From contig CAXXMD010000003.1 of assembly GCA_963675755.2 (NCBI GenBank), positions 1,440,001 to 1,504,000 on the forward strand: 64,000 bases of DNA. The letters run 5' to 3'. Position 1 is the stretch's first letter, and each line of letters begins with the position of its first letter. The notes under the pieces are model-generated. The model was not told the DNA's origin and ran no database searches. It was given only the letters and a program-made list of their open reading frames with translations. Of the stretch, positions 1-8,476 are shown piece by piece. This stretch comes from a bacterium (GTDB taxonomy: Bacteria; Zhuqueibacterota; Zhuqueibacteria; Residuimicrobiales; Krinioviventaceae). Both the position numbers and the translations under genes were made by a program.

Positions 1-251
1 CCGGCTTTACGCAATGCCATTGTGGGCGGAATAACACCGCACGAACACAGGGGAAGCGGTATTCCAAACAATGCGGCTTTGACAACCGATCCCATCGAAC
101 TTTTGCCCAAATGCTTTGCTATCTGTTCCGCTGAAATAAACTCTTTGAGCAGGCCTGCTGCAAGAAATCCGAAAATTAAATACGGTCCCATTTCCGCAAG
201 CAAATCAAAAGAGCTTTTTAATATGCCATATACAAATTCAAAAACTATCAT
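1..251 (-). CDS. Permease, DUF318 / SO_0444-like Cu/Zn efflux family (N-terminal part; runs off window)
   Basis: Manual translation from ATG at 251: MIVFEFVYGILKSSFDLLAEMGPYLIFGFLAAGLLKEF...KAALFGIPLPLCSCGVIP, containing the family PLPLCSCGV motif. Confidence 0.8.
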   Translation of the reverse strand, partial: MIVFEFVYGILKSSFDLLAEMGPYLIFGFLAAGLLKEFISAEQIAKHLGKSSMGSVVKAALFGIPLPLCSCGVIPPTMALRKA

Positions 252-255
252 TTTA

Positions 256-1215
256 TTACAATCCTACTTGTTTTATTGCTTCTTTTAACGTTTCTGCCGA
301 ACGTTGTAATCCCTTTAATTCGGAATCATCAAGCGGCAGTTTGATGCGTTCAACTACACCATTACGGTCCAGCTTTGTGGGTACGCTCAAGCACACATCA
401 CCAATACCATAGTAATCATCAATCAAACTTGAAACGGTCATGATCGAATTCTGGTCACGCACAATACTCTCTAATATAGTCAAAGTTGCCATTCCAATTG
501 CGTGATATGTGGCGCCTTTTTTCTCAATCAAGTGATATGCGGCGGTCCTTACTTGTTCAAATATCTCATTACGTGGTATACCTCCGCATTGTTTACTGCA
601 ATTGTTACAGAAATCATCCAGTTTTACACCACTGATCTGAGCCAAACTCCATACCGCCACTTCGCTGTCTCCATGTTCACCAATAATATATGCATGCACA
701 TTTCGTGAATCCACTCTACAATGCTGGCTGAGCAGATAACGAAAACGGGCGCTGTCAAGCGAGGTGCCGGACCCAATTACGCGGTTTACCGGATAATCCG
801 AGAACTTAACTGCTGCATAGGTCAACACATCAACAGGATTTGACACAACGATCAATATAGCATCCTTTGTGTATTGGGTAATCGAAGGGATAATTTTGCT
901 ATAAATATCCACATTCTTTTTGGTAAGATCCAAACGGGTTTCACCCGGTTTCTGTGCTGCGCCTGCGGTTATTACCACTACATCCGCGCTTGCACAATCC
1001 TCATAGTCGCCCGCATATACATGCGCGGGACGTACATAGGGTAATCCATGACTCATATCTTCGGCCTGGCCCTCAGCCAAACCCCTATTTTGATCTATCA
1101 ACACAATTTCAGATGCCAGTCCACGCATCAATAATGCATAGGCAAAGGTGGAACCCACCTGGCCGGCTCCGACGATACAAACTTTGAGTGAATGTTTACT
1201 GATATCGTTTTTCAT
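256..1215 (-). CDS. ldh: L-lactate dehydrogenase
   Basis: GAGQVG Rossmann motif, AQKPGETRLDL substrate loop (Gln is LDH-type), NPVD, GEHGDS. Confidence 0.95.
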   Translation of the reverse strand: MKNDISKHSLKVCIVGAGQVGSTFAYALLMRGLASEIVLIDQNRGLAEGQAEDMSHGLPYVRPAHVYAGDYEDCASADVVVITAGAAQKPGETRLDLTKKNVDIYSKIIPSITQYTKDAILIVVSNPVDVLTYAAVKFSDYPVNRVIGSGTSLDSARFRYLLSQHCRVDSRNVHAYIIGEHGDSEVAVWSLAQISGVKLDDFCNNCSKQCGGIPRNEIFEQVRTAAYHLIEKKGATYHAIGMATLTILESIVRDQNSIMTVSSLIDDYYGIGDVCLSVPTKLDRNGVVERIKLPLDDSELKGLQRSAETLKEAIKQVGL

Positions 1216-1358
1216 TATATTTTACCTTTCCATTTATTCGATCCAGAACCATTACAACAACATTTAAAAGCGCATTAATCCATTGATTTTATGAACGAAA
1301 TGCTTGATAGTTTCAAAAAATTCATTAATTTAAATGTTGGTTTTTTAGAGGTAATACA

Positions 1359-1979
1359 ATGGTACGACTGCATGTAAATCCAATCAATCCGCAAAAGAGA
1401 CACATCGAAAGCACTGCTGAAGTGCTTCGCGAAGGAGGTCTCATTATCTATCCCACAGATACGGTATATGGTCTGGGATGCGATCTCTATAACAAAAAAG
1501 CTGTTGAACGTATTTACCAGATCAAGGGGATGAAAAAAAAGAAAACCCTTAGCTTTATTTGTCCCGATTTGAAAGACATTTCCCGTTACGCCCACGTATC
1601 CACCCCGGCGTACAAGATCATGCGGCGTCTGTTACCGGGTCCGTATACGTTTATTTTACCGGCAACCCGGGAAGTACCCAAAATCCTGCTGGAAAACAGA
1701 AAAACCATCGGTATCCGTGTTCCGGATAACACTATCTGCCACGACTTGCTCGACGCTTTTGGCGGTCCCATTATCAGTACCAGTGCGGCATTGCCGGATC
1801 AGCCCTATCAGAACGATCCTGATGATATTGAAGACCATTTTCAACATTTTGTAGATATATTTCTGGATGCTGGTGAAGGGGGACTTGATCCCTCAACAAT
1901 ATTGGATATGAATGGAGACACCTTTGAGGTCATCCGCGAGGGAAAAGGATATGACAGCGAGGTATTTCGCTCGCTGTAA
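1359..1979 (+). CDS. Sua5/YciO/YrdC family threonylcarbamoyl-AMP synthase
   Basis: YPTDTVYGLGC, LLPGPYTFIL, IGIRVP and STSA motifs. Confidence 0.9.
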   Translation: MVRLHVNPINPQKRHIESTAEVLREGGLIIYPTDTVYGLGCDLYNKKAVERIYQIKGMKKKKTLSFICPDLKDISRYAHVSTPAYKIMRRLLPGPYTFILPATREVPKILLENRKTIGIRVPDNTICHDLLDAFGGPIISTSAALPDQPYQNDPDDIEDHFQHFVDIFLDAGEGGLDPSTILDMNGDTFEVIREGKGYDSEVFRSL

Positions 1980-2459
1980 CTAGACCTCTACAATTTCTGC
2001 AGTATTGCTTTGGGTGTCCCACAATGCCAGGGTACATTTACCGGTCAACCAACCACATAATTCACCCGGATTCACAACCAGGGTATCTTTTTCTTTACTC
2101 ACTTCAATTTCATGAATATGTCCGTACAATACCAGATCATATTTCTCAGATTTGCGCAAATCATCCATTACTATAGGTGCATGGAGCATAAGTACTTTGC
2201 GTCCGTCAAGGGTGATTTCGTGCGGTGGATCAAAAATGATCCCTTTGAACATAGAGCTGAGCCCCAGGCGTTCACCATCATTGTTACCGAACACAATAGT
2301 TAGCGGAGCATCCAGGTTTTTCAAAGCCTTGTTCACAAAGGGTGCAACCAGATCTCCGGCATGCAGCACATGGTCTACTTTTTTCTTATTACAAAATTCA
2401 ACTGCCCGATGGAGTGCGTCCATATTATCGTGACTGTCGGACATGAGCGCTACTTTCAT
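1980..2459 (-). CDS. Metallophosphoesterase (YfcE/MJ0936 family)
   Basis: SDSH, HAGD, GNND, GHIH and NPGE motifs. Confidence 0.9.
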   Translation of the reverse strand: MKVALMSDSHDNMDALHRAVEFCNKKKVDHVLHAGDLVAPFVNKALKNLDAPLTIVFGNNDGERLGLSSMFKGIIFDPPHEITLDGRKVLMLHAPIVMDDLRKSEKYDLVLYGHIHEIEVSKEKDTLVVNPGELCGWLTGKCTLALWDTQSNTAEIVEV

Positions 2460-2657
2460 ATCAATTTCCTCAGGTTTATTCTTTTCTTACTGCATACAAC
2501 AACACAGTACCGTGGAATCTTTCAATAAAATATTGGAATAGTAAATATAATATTTATATTACAGAAATGAAAAAATAATTTCCATTTTAACGGTTTGATA
2601 TCATTAACCATAGATAAAAGCCAATAAAGAACATTGGCTACATAAAGATTTTTATAA

Positions 2658-2690
2658 TTAGCCACGGATTGACACAGATCAACACGGATT
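2658..2690 (+). repeat. GxxExxY-associated 10-bp-period repeat, forward copy
   Basis: TTAGCCACGGATTGACACAGATCAACACGGATT: three CAC(G/A)GAT units at 10-bp spacing. Confidence 0.85.
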
Positions 2691-2758
2691 CTATTAACGA
2701 TTTATTGTTGCTCTTTCTAGAAAGATTTTGATTTAACAAATAATAATTGGGGGATTAA

Positions 2759-3121
2759 ATGGAACATAAAGAAATTACAGAATCCATTATTGGCTCAGCT
2801 TTTGAAGTTTATAATACGCTTGGATTCGGGTTCCTTGAAAAAGTTTATCAAAAAGCAATGCAGGTTGAATTGATTAAAAGAGGTCATCAGGCAGAAACCG
2901 AACACCCTGTCAAAGTATTTTATAAAAACATAACTGTAGGTGAGTATTTTGTAGATTTATTTGTTGATAATCTGGTTATTGTCGAATTCAAAATTGCTGC
3001 TATCTATAATTCTAAAGATGAGAGCCAATTATTAAATCTTTTAAAAGCAACAGGAATCAAAGTAGGATTACTCATCAATTTTGGAAAAACAGAAGTAGAA
3101 TTCAAAAGATTTGTATATTAA
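2759..3121 (+). CDS. GxxExxY protein (PD-(D/E)xK nuclease-like)
   Basis: GFLEKVY motif, D..E-x-K core (VDLFVDNLVIVEFK), GLLINFG C-terminal motif; 120 aa. Confidence 0.93.
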   Translation: MEHKEITESIIGSAFEVYNTLGFGFLEKVYQKAMQVELIKRGHQAETEHPVKVFYKNITVGEYFVDLFVDNLVIVEFKIAAIYNSKDESQLLNLLKATGIKVGLLINFGKTEVEFKRFVY

Positions 3122-3184
3122 ATCTGTATCATTCTGCTTGTCTGTATTTGATGAATGTAGGTCTGTAACCCTAAAAATTTTTTT

Positions 3185-3216
3185 TTAGCTACGGATTAAC
3201 ACGGATCTTTACAGAT
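3185..3216 (+). repeat. GxxExxY-associated repeat, forward copy
   Basis: TTAGCTACGGATTAACACGGATCTTTACAGAT. Confidence 0.85.
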
Positions 3217-3364
3217 AAAAACATAACATATTCCTTGGAATTTTTGTTGCTTGTTTTTATTAACGACCACAAATTGAATATCACTTGAATCTTTTTTATC
3301 TCGTGTGGTAGAGAATATCTGGTTTTCTATAAGTTCAAGTAATTTCAGGATTAAATTGTTTTTT

Positions 3365-3396
3365 ATCCGTGTTAATCCGTGAAAATCTGTGGCTAA
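3365..3396 (-). repeat. GxxExxY-associated repeat, reverse copy
   Basis: ATCCGTGTTAATCCGTGAAAATCTGTGGCTAA is the reverse complement of TTAGCCACAGATTTTCACGGATTAACACGGAT. Confidence 0.85.
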
Positions 3397-3502
3397 AAAT
3401 TTTTTAAATTAATAATACCTCAAGATCATTGTATTAAATTCATTTTAATGATATAAAGAGAATAATTATAACATCTTGATAAATAAACCCAGGAGAGCAA
3501 GC

Positions 3503-5716
3503 ATGAAATATTTCTACGCTATACTTTTGATACTGTTCACAGCATTTTCACTATACGCAATAGTACCGGGATCGGTAACAGACGATCCCTTTATTCAGGA
3601 AGTCCATATACCGTTTCCACTGGATAATGATGCCGCCAACGACGTTCGTTCGGTTGCAGTCGATACAGATGGCAAGATCTGGGCCGCAACCCGGGAAGGC
3701 ATCTATTCTCTCGAGTCAGGTACCTGGAAGTCCTGGTCTACTGGAGAAAACAAGGGGCCCGCTTATGATATTTCTGTCGCAAAAGACGGCTCTCTCTGGA
3801 TCGGTGCCTGGAACGGTGCATATCTTTTAAAAAATGACAACCTCTCCAAAATTGAGGGCATCGACTCGCCGGTTAGCGTGATTCGTGCATACGACGAGGT
3901 TATCGCATTAGGACCCAAAGGCCAGTGGAAAATCACCGGCAACAGCGCAAAGGCACTGAATTGGGATATAGCCCTGTCAGCAAGGGACATGATCAAAGAT
4001 GTGAATAAAGGATACTGGATCAGCACAGATGTCGGCTTGTTTTACAAAACAGAGTCCGATACAAAATTCATTCAAAATGTTGAAAACCTGGTGGGTAACG
4101 CCCTGACTTCTCTTGCCTGGTCGCAAGACAAAACCTTGTGGATTGGCGGACTGGGTGGTATTACCCTCTATCGTAATGGCAAACGTGTAGGTCACCTGAC
4201 CCACAAAGAAGGATTGATCAGTATTGACGTATACTGTCTTGAAAGCGCACCGGATGGCGCCATGTGGGTGGGCACTAAACAGGGTATTGCCCGATACAAC
4301 AATCTGGAGTGGTCCATGCGTTACAGCCGAAGATGGCTGTTGGACAATGAAGTTCGGGATATTGCTTTTGATGGGGCAGGTAATGCCTGGGTTGCCACTG
4401 CCGGTGGTGTGAGTAAAATTGAACGCCGTACAATAACCATGGCACAAAAAGCCGACTATTACCAGCGTATTCTGGAAGATCGTCATATACGTCCCCCCTA
4501 TATTGTAGAAAAAATTAACCTGATGTCTCCCGGAGATACCACCAAATGGGAACCCCGCGATGATGACAATGACGGACAGTACACCAGCATGTACCTGGCC
4601 ATGGAAAGCTACCGCTACCAGGTTACCAATAACCCAAAAGCCAAAGACAATGCTAAAAAAGCATTTGATGCTTTGAAATATTTACAAACCGTAACCGAGA
4701 CAGATGGTTTTTTTGCACGCACAGTGGTTCCTGTTGAATGGAACCGCATGATGGATCCCAACCATGTCTTTACTCCGCAGGAACAGGCGGACAGGCTGGT
4801 AGACAATGCCCGCCAGAAATATGTTCCGGAATTGTGGCGGTTGTCCAGTGACGGCAAATGGTACTGGAAAGGCGATACAAGCAGCGATGAAGTAACCGGC
4901 CACATGTATGGCTATTTCATTTATTATGATCTCATTGCAAAATATGATAAAAAAGAAAAGAAACGCGTTGCCGACCATGTCTGCAAAATTGTGGACTATA
5001 TCATTGATGGCGGTTACAATTTTATCGATATTGACGGCACCCATACCAAATGGGGTGTATGGGCACCTGATAAACTGAACGGTTCTCCTGATTGGTCTAC
5101 GGAGCAATATATCAACTCTACCGAACTGCTTTCTTATCTCAAACTGGCATATGTCGTCAGTGGTGACCAAAAATATCAGGACAAATATCTGGAGCTGATC
5201 CACAAACACGGCTACCTGGAAAATGCCCGTCACGCACGTTCAACCAATCCTACATTCATCACCCATATTGACGATGAGCTGTTGGCTCTGGCTTATCCCG
5301 TATTGCTAATGTATGAAAAAGATCCCGAGATCCTCAAAGTCTATCGTCAGAGCGTAAACCGCTGGCACCGCACCAATGAAGCGGACAACAGCCCGTATTT
5401 CAACTTTACCTACGCGGCGCTGACCGGTTACGATCCCAATCTTGACAAATCCATTGCCTACCTGCGTGACGTATCGCTCGACCTGGTGGGCTGGGATATG
5501 GATCTGAGCAAGCGTGAAGATCTGAACATCATCCGTTACCCCGAGTTTGAGAACCAGATGATTGACCGCATGGTCCCCCCCAGTGAATTGATGGTTCTGC
5601 GCTGGGACCGGAATCCCTGGTACGCCAAACGCGGCTATGGCGGCCGTATTGAAAGCGACGGCGTTTTCTGGCTGCTGCCCTACTGGATGGGCCGCTATTA
5701 CGGATTGATCAAGTAG
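3503..5716 (+). CDS. Secreted protein: N-terminal two-component-regulator-type beta-propeller plus uncharacterised helical C-terminal domain
   Basis: Signal peptide MKYFYAILLILF; repeated D.DG.(I/L)W.(A/G)T..G propeller motifs; start placed at ATG 3503 after AGGAG. Confidence 0.7.
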   Translation: MKYFYAILLILFTAFSLYAIVPGSVTDDPFIQEVHIPFPLDNDAANDVRSVAVDTDGKIWAATREGIYSLESGTWKSWSTGENKGPAYDISVAKDGSLWIGAWNGAYLLKNDNLSKIEGIDSPVSVIRAYDEVIALGPKGQWKITGNSAKALNWDIALSARDMIKDVNKGYWISTDVGLFYKTESDTKFIQNVENLVGNALTSLAWSQDKTLWIGGLGGITLYRNGKRVGHLTHKEGLISIDVYCLESAPDGAMWVGTKQGIARYNNLEWSMRYSRRWLLDNEVRDIAFDGAGNAWVATAGGVSKIERRTITMAQKADYYQRILEDRHIRPPYIVEKINLMSPGDTTKWEPRDDDNDGQYTSMYLAMESYRYQVTNNPKAKDNAKKAFDALKYLQTVTETDGFFARTVVPVEWNRMMDPNHVFTPQEQADRLVDNARQKYVPELWRLSSDGKWYWKGDTSSDEVTGHMYGYFIYYDLIAKYDKKEKKRVADHVCKIVDYIIDGGYNFIDIDGTHTKWGVWAPDKLNGSPDWSTEQYINSTELLSYLKLAYVVSGDQKYQDKYLELIHKHGYLENARHARSTNPTFITHIDDELLALAYPVLLMYEKDPEILKVYRQSVNRWHRTNEADNSPYFNFTYAALTGYDPNLDKSIAYLRDVSLDLVGWDMDLSKREDLNIIRYPEFENQMIDRMVPPSELMVLRWDRNPWYAKRGYGGRIESDGVFWLLPYWMGRYYGLIK

Positions 5717-5734
5717 TTATTATTTCTTTTTTTC

Positions 5735-5811
5735 ATCCGTGTCGATCTGTGAGGATCTGTGGCTATTATAAAATTGTTTTCAGCCACGGATTGTCACAGA
5801 TCATCACGGAT
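5735..5811. repeat. Inverted pair (reverse + forward) of GxxExxY-associated repeats forming a hairpin
   Basis: ATCCGTGTCGATCTGTGAGGATCTGTGGCT, an AT-rich spacer, then AGCCACGGATTGTCACAGATCATCACGGAT. Confidence 0.85.
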
Positions 5812-5888
5812 AATACCTAAAACAACCTCCTTTGTAGCCTCTGCTGCTTTAGTATTTTTTATCCTTTTTCACACTTTTTTAAATGACA

Positions 5889-6110
5889 TGATCACCGGGT
5901 GTCTATATTCCAGACGGAATGATACCACCGGACATGTATCCGGTTCTCCGGGGCGAATGTCCCGATGTTAACTCCGCCCGGACCCTGAGTTCGAACGAGT
6001 CCGCTGTCTCTTAGCGGACGAGTGAGAGTATCGAAGGGCCGGGAGGAAAAACAATATGAATATGATCTCCAGGTATGAATTCTTGCCGGCACTCTGGTAC
6101 CGGACGATCA
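5889..6110. repeat. 222-bp structured element, copy 1 (candidate ncRNA or MITE)
   Basis: Ungapped match to 8183-8404 (22 mismatches by hand count); imperfectly complementary ends; nested hairpins. Confidence 0.9.
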
Positions 6111-6200
6111 AGGTACAACTATCAGACACCTGACAAGGCCTTCGCTTAAATCATCAACCCTAACAAAACCATAATCTATCAATTAGCATTCAAACCTAAA

Positions 6201-6276
6201 TGCCCCGTTAGGGACAAAATATTTATAGAACTGTAAAAATGAGAATTCGCATGCCGTCAGGTATGCAATATCGTAG
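6201..6276. repeat. REP-like hairpin doublet
   Basis: TGCCCCGTTAGGGACA...GCATGCCGTCAGGTATGC: two hairpins with CCGTYAGG cores, each followed by AATAT..TAGA. Confidence 0.55.
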
Positions 6277-6449
6277 AGTTTTATCATATATAAAAACCGT
6301 GAAATCCTGTTTTTTTTCATATTGACTATTATATTCTCAATCATTAATTTTTAAAAATGGTGGGATTAAAACAACTTTTCATGGGTCTCTAATTCTCTTA
6401 AATCATTAAATTTTAATACCGTACTATTTTTATAAACAAAAGGATTTCC

Positions 6450-8117
6450 ATGACAAAACCTATTTTTCTTGTTATTTGCCTGCTTGTCTTATCGGTCAAT
6501 CTCTATGCAATAGATACTTTTCAATTAAAACAGATTTTACCTCGCAGTCAATGGAGCGAATATTCCCCGGACAAACCCCATCGTGCTGTAATCATGGACG
6601 ATGAAGGGAATACATTTGTAGCTAGTCAAAAATTAGGGCCCTTGCATATAATCCTTCAAAAATTAGATCCTGAGGGAAATCCTATATGGGCTGACCCCAA
6701 TTCAGGATTGGCATTGGTAGATACAATGATAGGATACGATGCTGCTTTTGCGCCCGCTTTAGCGAGCGATGGCCACGGAGGGCTATTTGTTTTTTATGCC
6801 TATGGAAAATCAAGCTATTATGAAGGAGAGTTTTATCATTCTTTTACAACATATTTACAACATTTAAATGAAAATGGCGTTAAAAGCTGGGGGAACCGTG
6901 GAATTTCAATACATGATTCCACCTATTCTTATGTTCGTGATATAGCACCTGATGGAAAGGGTGGTGTTTATTTAATGTATACAATTTCGAGTGATAATAG
7001 TTGTATTTACGGAGGAACATCATTACAACATGTTGATAATACAGGCACACTTTTATTTTCAAAACCAGGTAAAGTATTGATGCCATGCGATTCATCAAGT
7101 GTTACAAATTTGACTTCGGATGGATTAAATGGTTCTTATATATACAATAATGGAAGTTACCTTCAACAAATAGATATAAATGGGGAGTTTATTTTTCCAG
7201 AGCTTTTTATAGATATGGGGATTTATCTAAGGAGAAAATGGCTGTTTCCTGTTAATGATGGATTAATCTTTGTTGGAAATGAAAGTACAAGAAATCCACG
7301 GAAATTAAAAATTCAAAAAATAGATAAACAGGGTAATTTACTTTTAGGGGCCAATGGAGCAAGTTATACCTGGCCGGATTCGATAGATTTTTACCCTGTA
7401 ATCACTCTGAAAAATGACAGCAGCCTTTCTGTTTTTTCAGGAATCTATGGTCAGAATATATATTTTGATGATGAAATTCATTTTAACGCACCTAATAAAG
7501 TAATTCAATTTGATCAACTCCAGCCTTGGAACATCTTTGCTACTTATTCAAGGAAATTTGGAAATTTAATTCTTTATGTTGCAGAAGACTTTACAAAAGG
7601 ACGAGATATATTGAAATTACAAAAAATAGATGATAATGGCCAAATCCCGTGGGGCATTGATGGTGTTACAATATGCGAAACAAATGATTTTCTTCTTTTT
7701 ACACACTCTATCATTCAAATTAACGAAGATGCTGGAAAAGCAATAATTTTTTTAGAATTAGGTGAAGGAATTCATATAGCAACTGTCGATTTGGAAACAG
7801 GTACATGGATTGCTGAGCAGCAAGAGAATAACCATATCGTGCCCGTTACCTATAATATTTCCAGTTATCCTAATCCATTTACCAATTTAATTCAAATTGA
7901 CATCCAACCTTTTAAAACAACGAATGATATAAAATCCGTCAAGATTTTTAATATTCTCGGAAAGGAGGTCAAAGACATTACACCAAAACAAATTTCAACA
8001 CACACATTTTCATGGGATGGAACAGATGATTCCGGTCAGCGGGCGGCTGCCGGTATCTATTTTGTTCAAATTACCGCAAAACAAACATTCACTCAAAAGA
8101 TACTGAAACTGAAATAA
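6450..8117 (+). CDS. Secreted protein with C-terminal FlgD-Ig/T9SS type A-like sorting domain
   Basis: Signal peptide; SDG.GG repeats; C-terminal YPNPF...IFNILGKEV...WDGTD..G..AAAGIYFV..TQKILKLK. Confidence 0.85.
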   Translation: MTKPIFLVICLLVLSVNLYAIDTFQLKQILPRSQWSEYSPDKPHRAVIMDDEGNTFVASQKLGPLHIILQKLDPEGNPIWADPNSGLALVDTMIGYDAAFAPALASDGHGGLFVFYAYGKSSYYEGEFYHSFTTYLQHLNENGVKSWGNRGISIHDSTYSYVRDIAPDGKGGVYLMYTISSDNSCIYGGTSLQHVDNTGTLLFSKPGKVLMPCDSSSVTNLTSDGLNGSYIYNNGSYLQQIDINGEFIFPELFIDMGIYLRRKWLFPVNDGLIFVGNESTRNPRKLKIQKIDKQGNLLLGANGASYTWPDSIDFYPVITLKNDSSLSVFSGIYGQNIYFDDEIHFNAPNKVIQFDQLQPWNIFATYSRKFGNLILYVAEDFTKGRDILKLQKIDDNGQIPWGIDGVTICETNDFLLFTHSIIQINEDAGKAIIFLELGEGIHIATVDLETGTWIAEQQENNHIVPVTYNISSYPNPFTNLIQIDIQPFKTTNDIKSVKIFNILGKEVKDITPKQISTHTFSWDGTDDSGQRAAAGIYFVQITAKQTFTQKILKLK

Positions 8118-8182
8118 TTCTTATTAGAGGGATTATAAGGTTTAAAATATTATATTGCTTTTTTTATTACCAATCACAAATA

Positions 8183-8404
8183 TGATCACCGGGAGTATTT
8201 ATGCCTAGCGGAATGATACTACCGGACATGTATCCGGTTCTCCGGGACGAATGTCCCGATGTTAACTCCGCCCGGACCCTGAGTTCGAACGAGTCCGCTG
8301 TCTCTTAGCGGACGAGAGAGAGTATCGAAGGGCCGGAAGTAAAAACAATATGAATATGATCTCCAGGAATGAATTACACCCGACACTATAGTACCGGGTG
8401 ATCA
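8183..8404. repeat. 222-bp structured element, copy 2
   Basis: Direct repeat of 5889-6110; bounded by perfect 8-bp inverted ends TGATCACC...GGTGATCA. Confidence 0.9.
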
Positions 8405-8414
8405 AAACTTTTGT

Positions 8415-8472
8415 TTGACTCTCTAACCACAAATGTGTATATTTACTTTAACGTTAACTTTAAGGTTAAAGT
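8415..8472 (+). promoter_or_regulatory. Sigma70 promoter and two overlapping LacI-type operators upstream of the LacI-family gene
   Basis: TTGACT-N17-TATATT (8415-8443); near-palindromes ACTTTAACGTTAACTT (8445-8460) and ACTTTAAGGTTAAAGT (8457-8472). Confidence 0.65.
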
Positions 8473-8476
8473 ATAA

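Noticed and set aside
2658-5811. CRISPR array interpretation of the ~32-bp repeats
   Set aside because: Orientations are mixed, spacing is irregular, copies are degenerate and no cas genes are present.
5892-6092. 66-aa minus-strand ORF in repeat copy 1, and an HUH-like DHIHIV peptide in another frame
   Set aside because: The ORF is interrupted by a stop in copy 2 and no other Y1 transposase motifs are visible, so the element is treated as non-coding.
5889-8404. DGR template/variable repeat pair
   Set aside because: Mismatches are not restricted to adenines on either strand, neither copy is in a gene, and no reverse transcriptase is present.
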